Virus record (IMG/VR): IMGVR_UViG_3300037882_003354
Span: 258,513-322,512 of that record
DNA: 64,000 nt
Reading direction: 5' to 3' (one strand)
Part shown: one piece after another, positions 63,254 to 64,000 of the stretch
Position numbering within the stretch: position 1 is the first letter of the stretch
Layout: each line of letters opens with the position of its first letter
Translations under genes and position numbers: made by a program
Notes under the pieces: generated by a model
Told to the model about the DNA's origin: nothing
Database searches by the model: none
Seen by the model: only the letters and a program-made list of their open reading frames with translations

Positions 63254-64000
63254 ATGAAGAAATACAACTTATTATTGCTCTTGTTCCCACTTGCGGTATA
63301 TGCTGATGAATCACAGATGGCTTGCAATCTGGAACAATCGAAATCTGAAGTCAGGGCTGCCATCCTGGCGGCGCCCTCTGCATTTGGATCAATAGGGGAT
63401 GCATCGACCACTGAGAAAAACATCACCCTGGGGATTTCACAGTCATTGAGTGGTCGACGACAGGCATCCTTGATGCGTCAGGCAGCCTCAGCCCGGTGCG
63501 ATGCCATACGAGTGGCGCTGCAACTGGACACCTATGAGCAGTGGGCGCAACGACAGGTGCAGCGGGACGGCGCCCTGGAGGAGTTGCGACTGATCGAGCA
63601 AGCCTTGATCATGGCCCGGCAAAACCTAGATGTACTGGCTCCACAATTGGCTGCAAACACCATCACTTTGACCGAGCATGCGCAAGCCGTCGCGGCTGTG
63701 GCAGAAATAGAAAAACGACAGGCCCTGCTGATGAAAACGCTGGCTGTAGTCATGGTGACACCACCAGAAACCAACGTGGCGACCTTGATACAATCCCTGC
63801 AGACACATGAAGCTCTGGCTGCTGAACTAGCAGCCAGATCGCAGGCTGAAACAGGCTGGGACACTGTGATATCGGCTGGTGCTCGCCAGTCTGTCAGCGG
63901 TGGCGGCAGCGGTCAATTGTTTGCCACCATTGGATTCAAGCGATCGTTCGGGTATTCTGCTGCACAAGATGCAGCCAGGGCAGTGGGCACCCAGACGGCA
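63254..64000 (+). CDS. TolC-like outer-membrane channel, putative; runs off the right edge
   Basis: Not in the ORF track; manual translation MKKYNLLLLLFPLAVYA-DESQ..., open to the window end; helix / beta-strand (NITLGISQSL) / long helices / beta-hairpin (WDTVISAG..LFATIGFKRSF). Confidence 0.55.
   Translation, partial: MKKYNLLLLLFPLAVYADESQMACNLEQSKSEVRAAILAAPSAFGSIGDASTTEKNITLGISQSLSGRRQASLMRQAASARCDAIRVALQLDTYEQWAQRQVQRDGALEELRLIEQALIMARQNLDVLAPQLAANTITLTEHAQAVAAVAEIEKRQALLMKTLAVVMVTPPETNVATLIQSLQTHEALAAELAARSQAETGWDTVISAGARQSVSGGGSGQLFATIGFKRSFGYSAAQDAARAVGTQTA

Noticed and set aside
1-64000. Bacterial chromosome or integrated prophage interpretation
   Set aside because: Host-like genes (clpA, def, folE, rpoZ, tilS) are isolated or minimal and interleaved with PolB, clamp, fibre and lysis genes; no integrase, att site, rRNA or housekeeping operon

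Overview
This window is a 64-kb slice of a large lytic tailed phage genome with T4-like regulatory logic. The host is probably a Gram-negative bacterium, judging by spanins, a TolC-like gene, RpoZ and sigma70 promoters. Left arm (minus strand): a 7-deazaguanine DNA-modification cluster (queE, QueD-paralog with LxxxHRHxF, TGT-fold DpdA-like protein, glycosyltransferase, PRTase, HIT, heptose-kinase-like), sliding clamp and family B DNA polymerase. Next is a late-expressed block of probable capsid-packaged proteins: a modular 719-aa polyprotein, Dps, an RNA-ligase-like/HIGH fusion and two Pol-beta-type nucleotidyltransferases. Then come ClpA/PDF/DnaJ, a holin-GH19-spanin lysis cassette, PhoH, clamp loader, GroES, a truncated DnaE fragment and two tail-fibre genes (one 2039 aa with collagen-like and YadA-like repeats). 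Right arm (plus strand): a glycosyltransferase/methyltransferase island interleaved with 11 tRNAs (several atypical), two tRNA-like RNAs, two unexplained highly structured RNAs, rpoZ, a tRNA(CAU)-tilS pair, dCMP deaminase and folE. At the right edge is a three-gene cassette that looks like a phage-encoded polysaccharide synthesis and export machine (HAS/NodC-type GT2 synthase, membrane-fusion-like protein, TolC-like protein). All calls come from motif reading by eye; no database searches were run.
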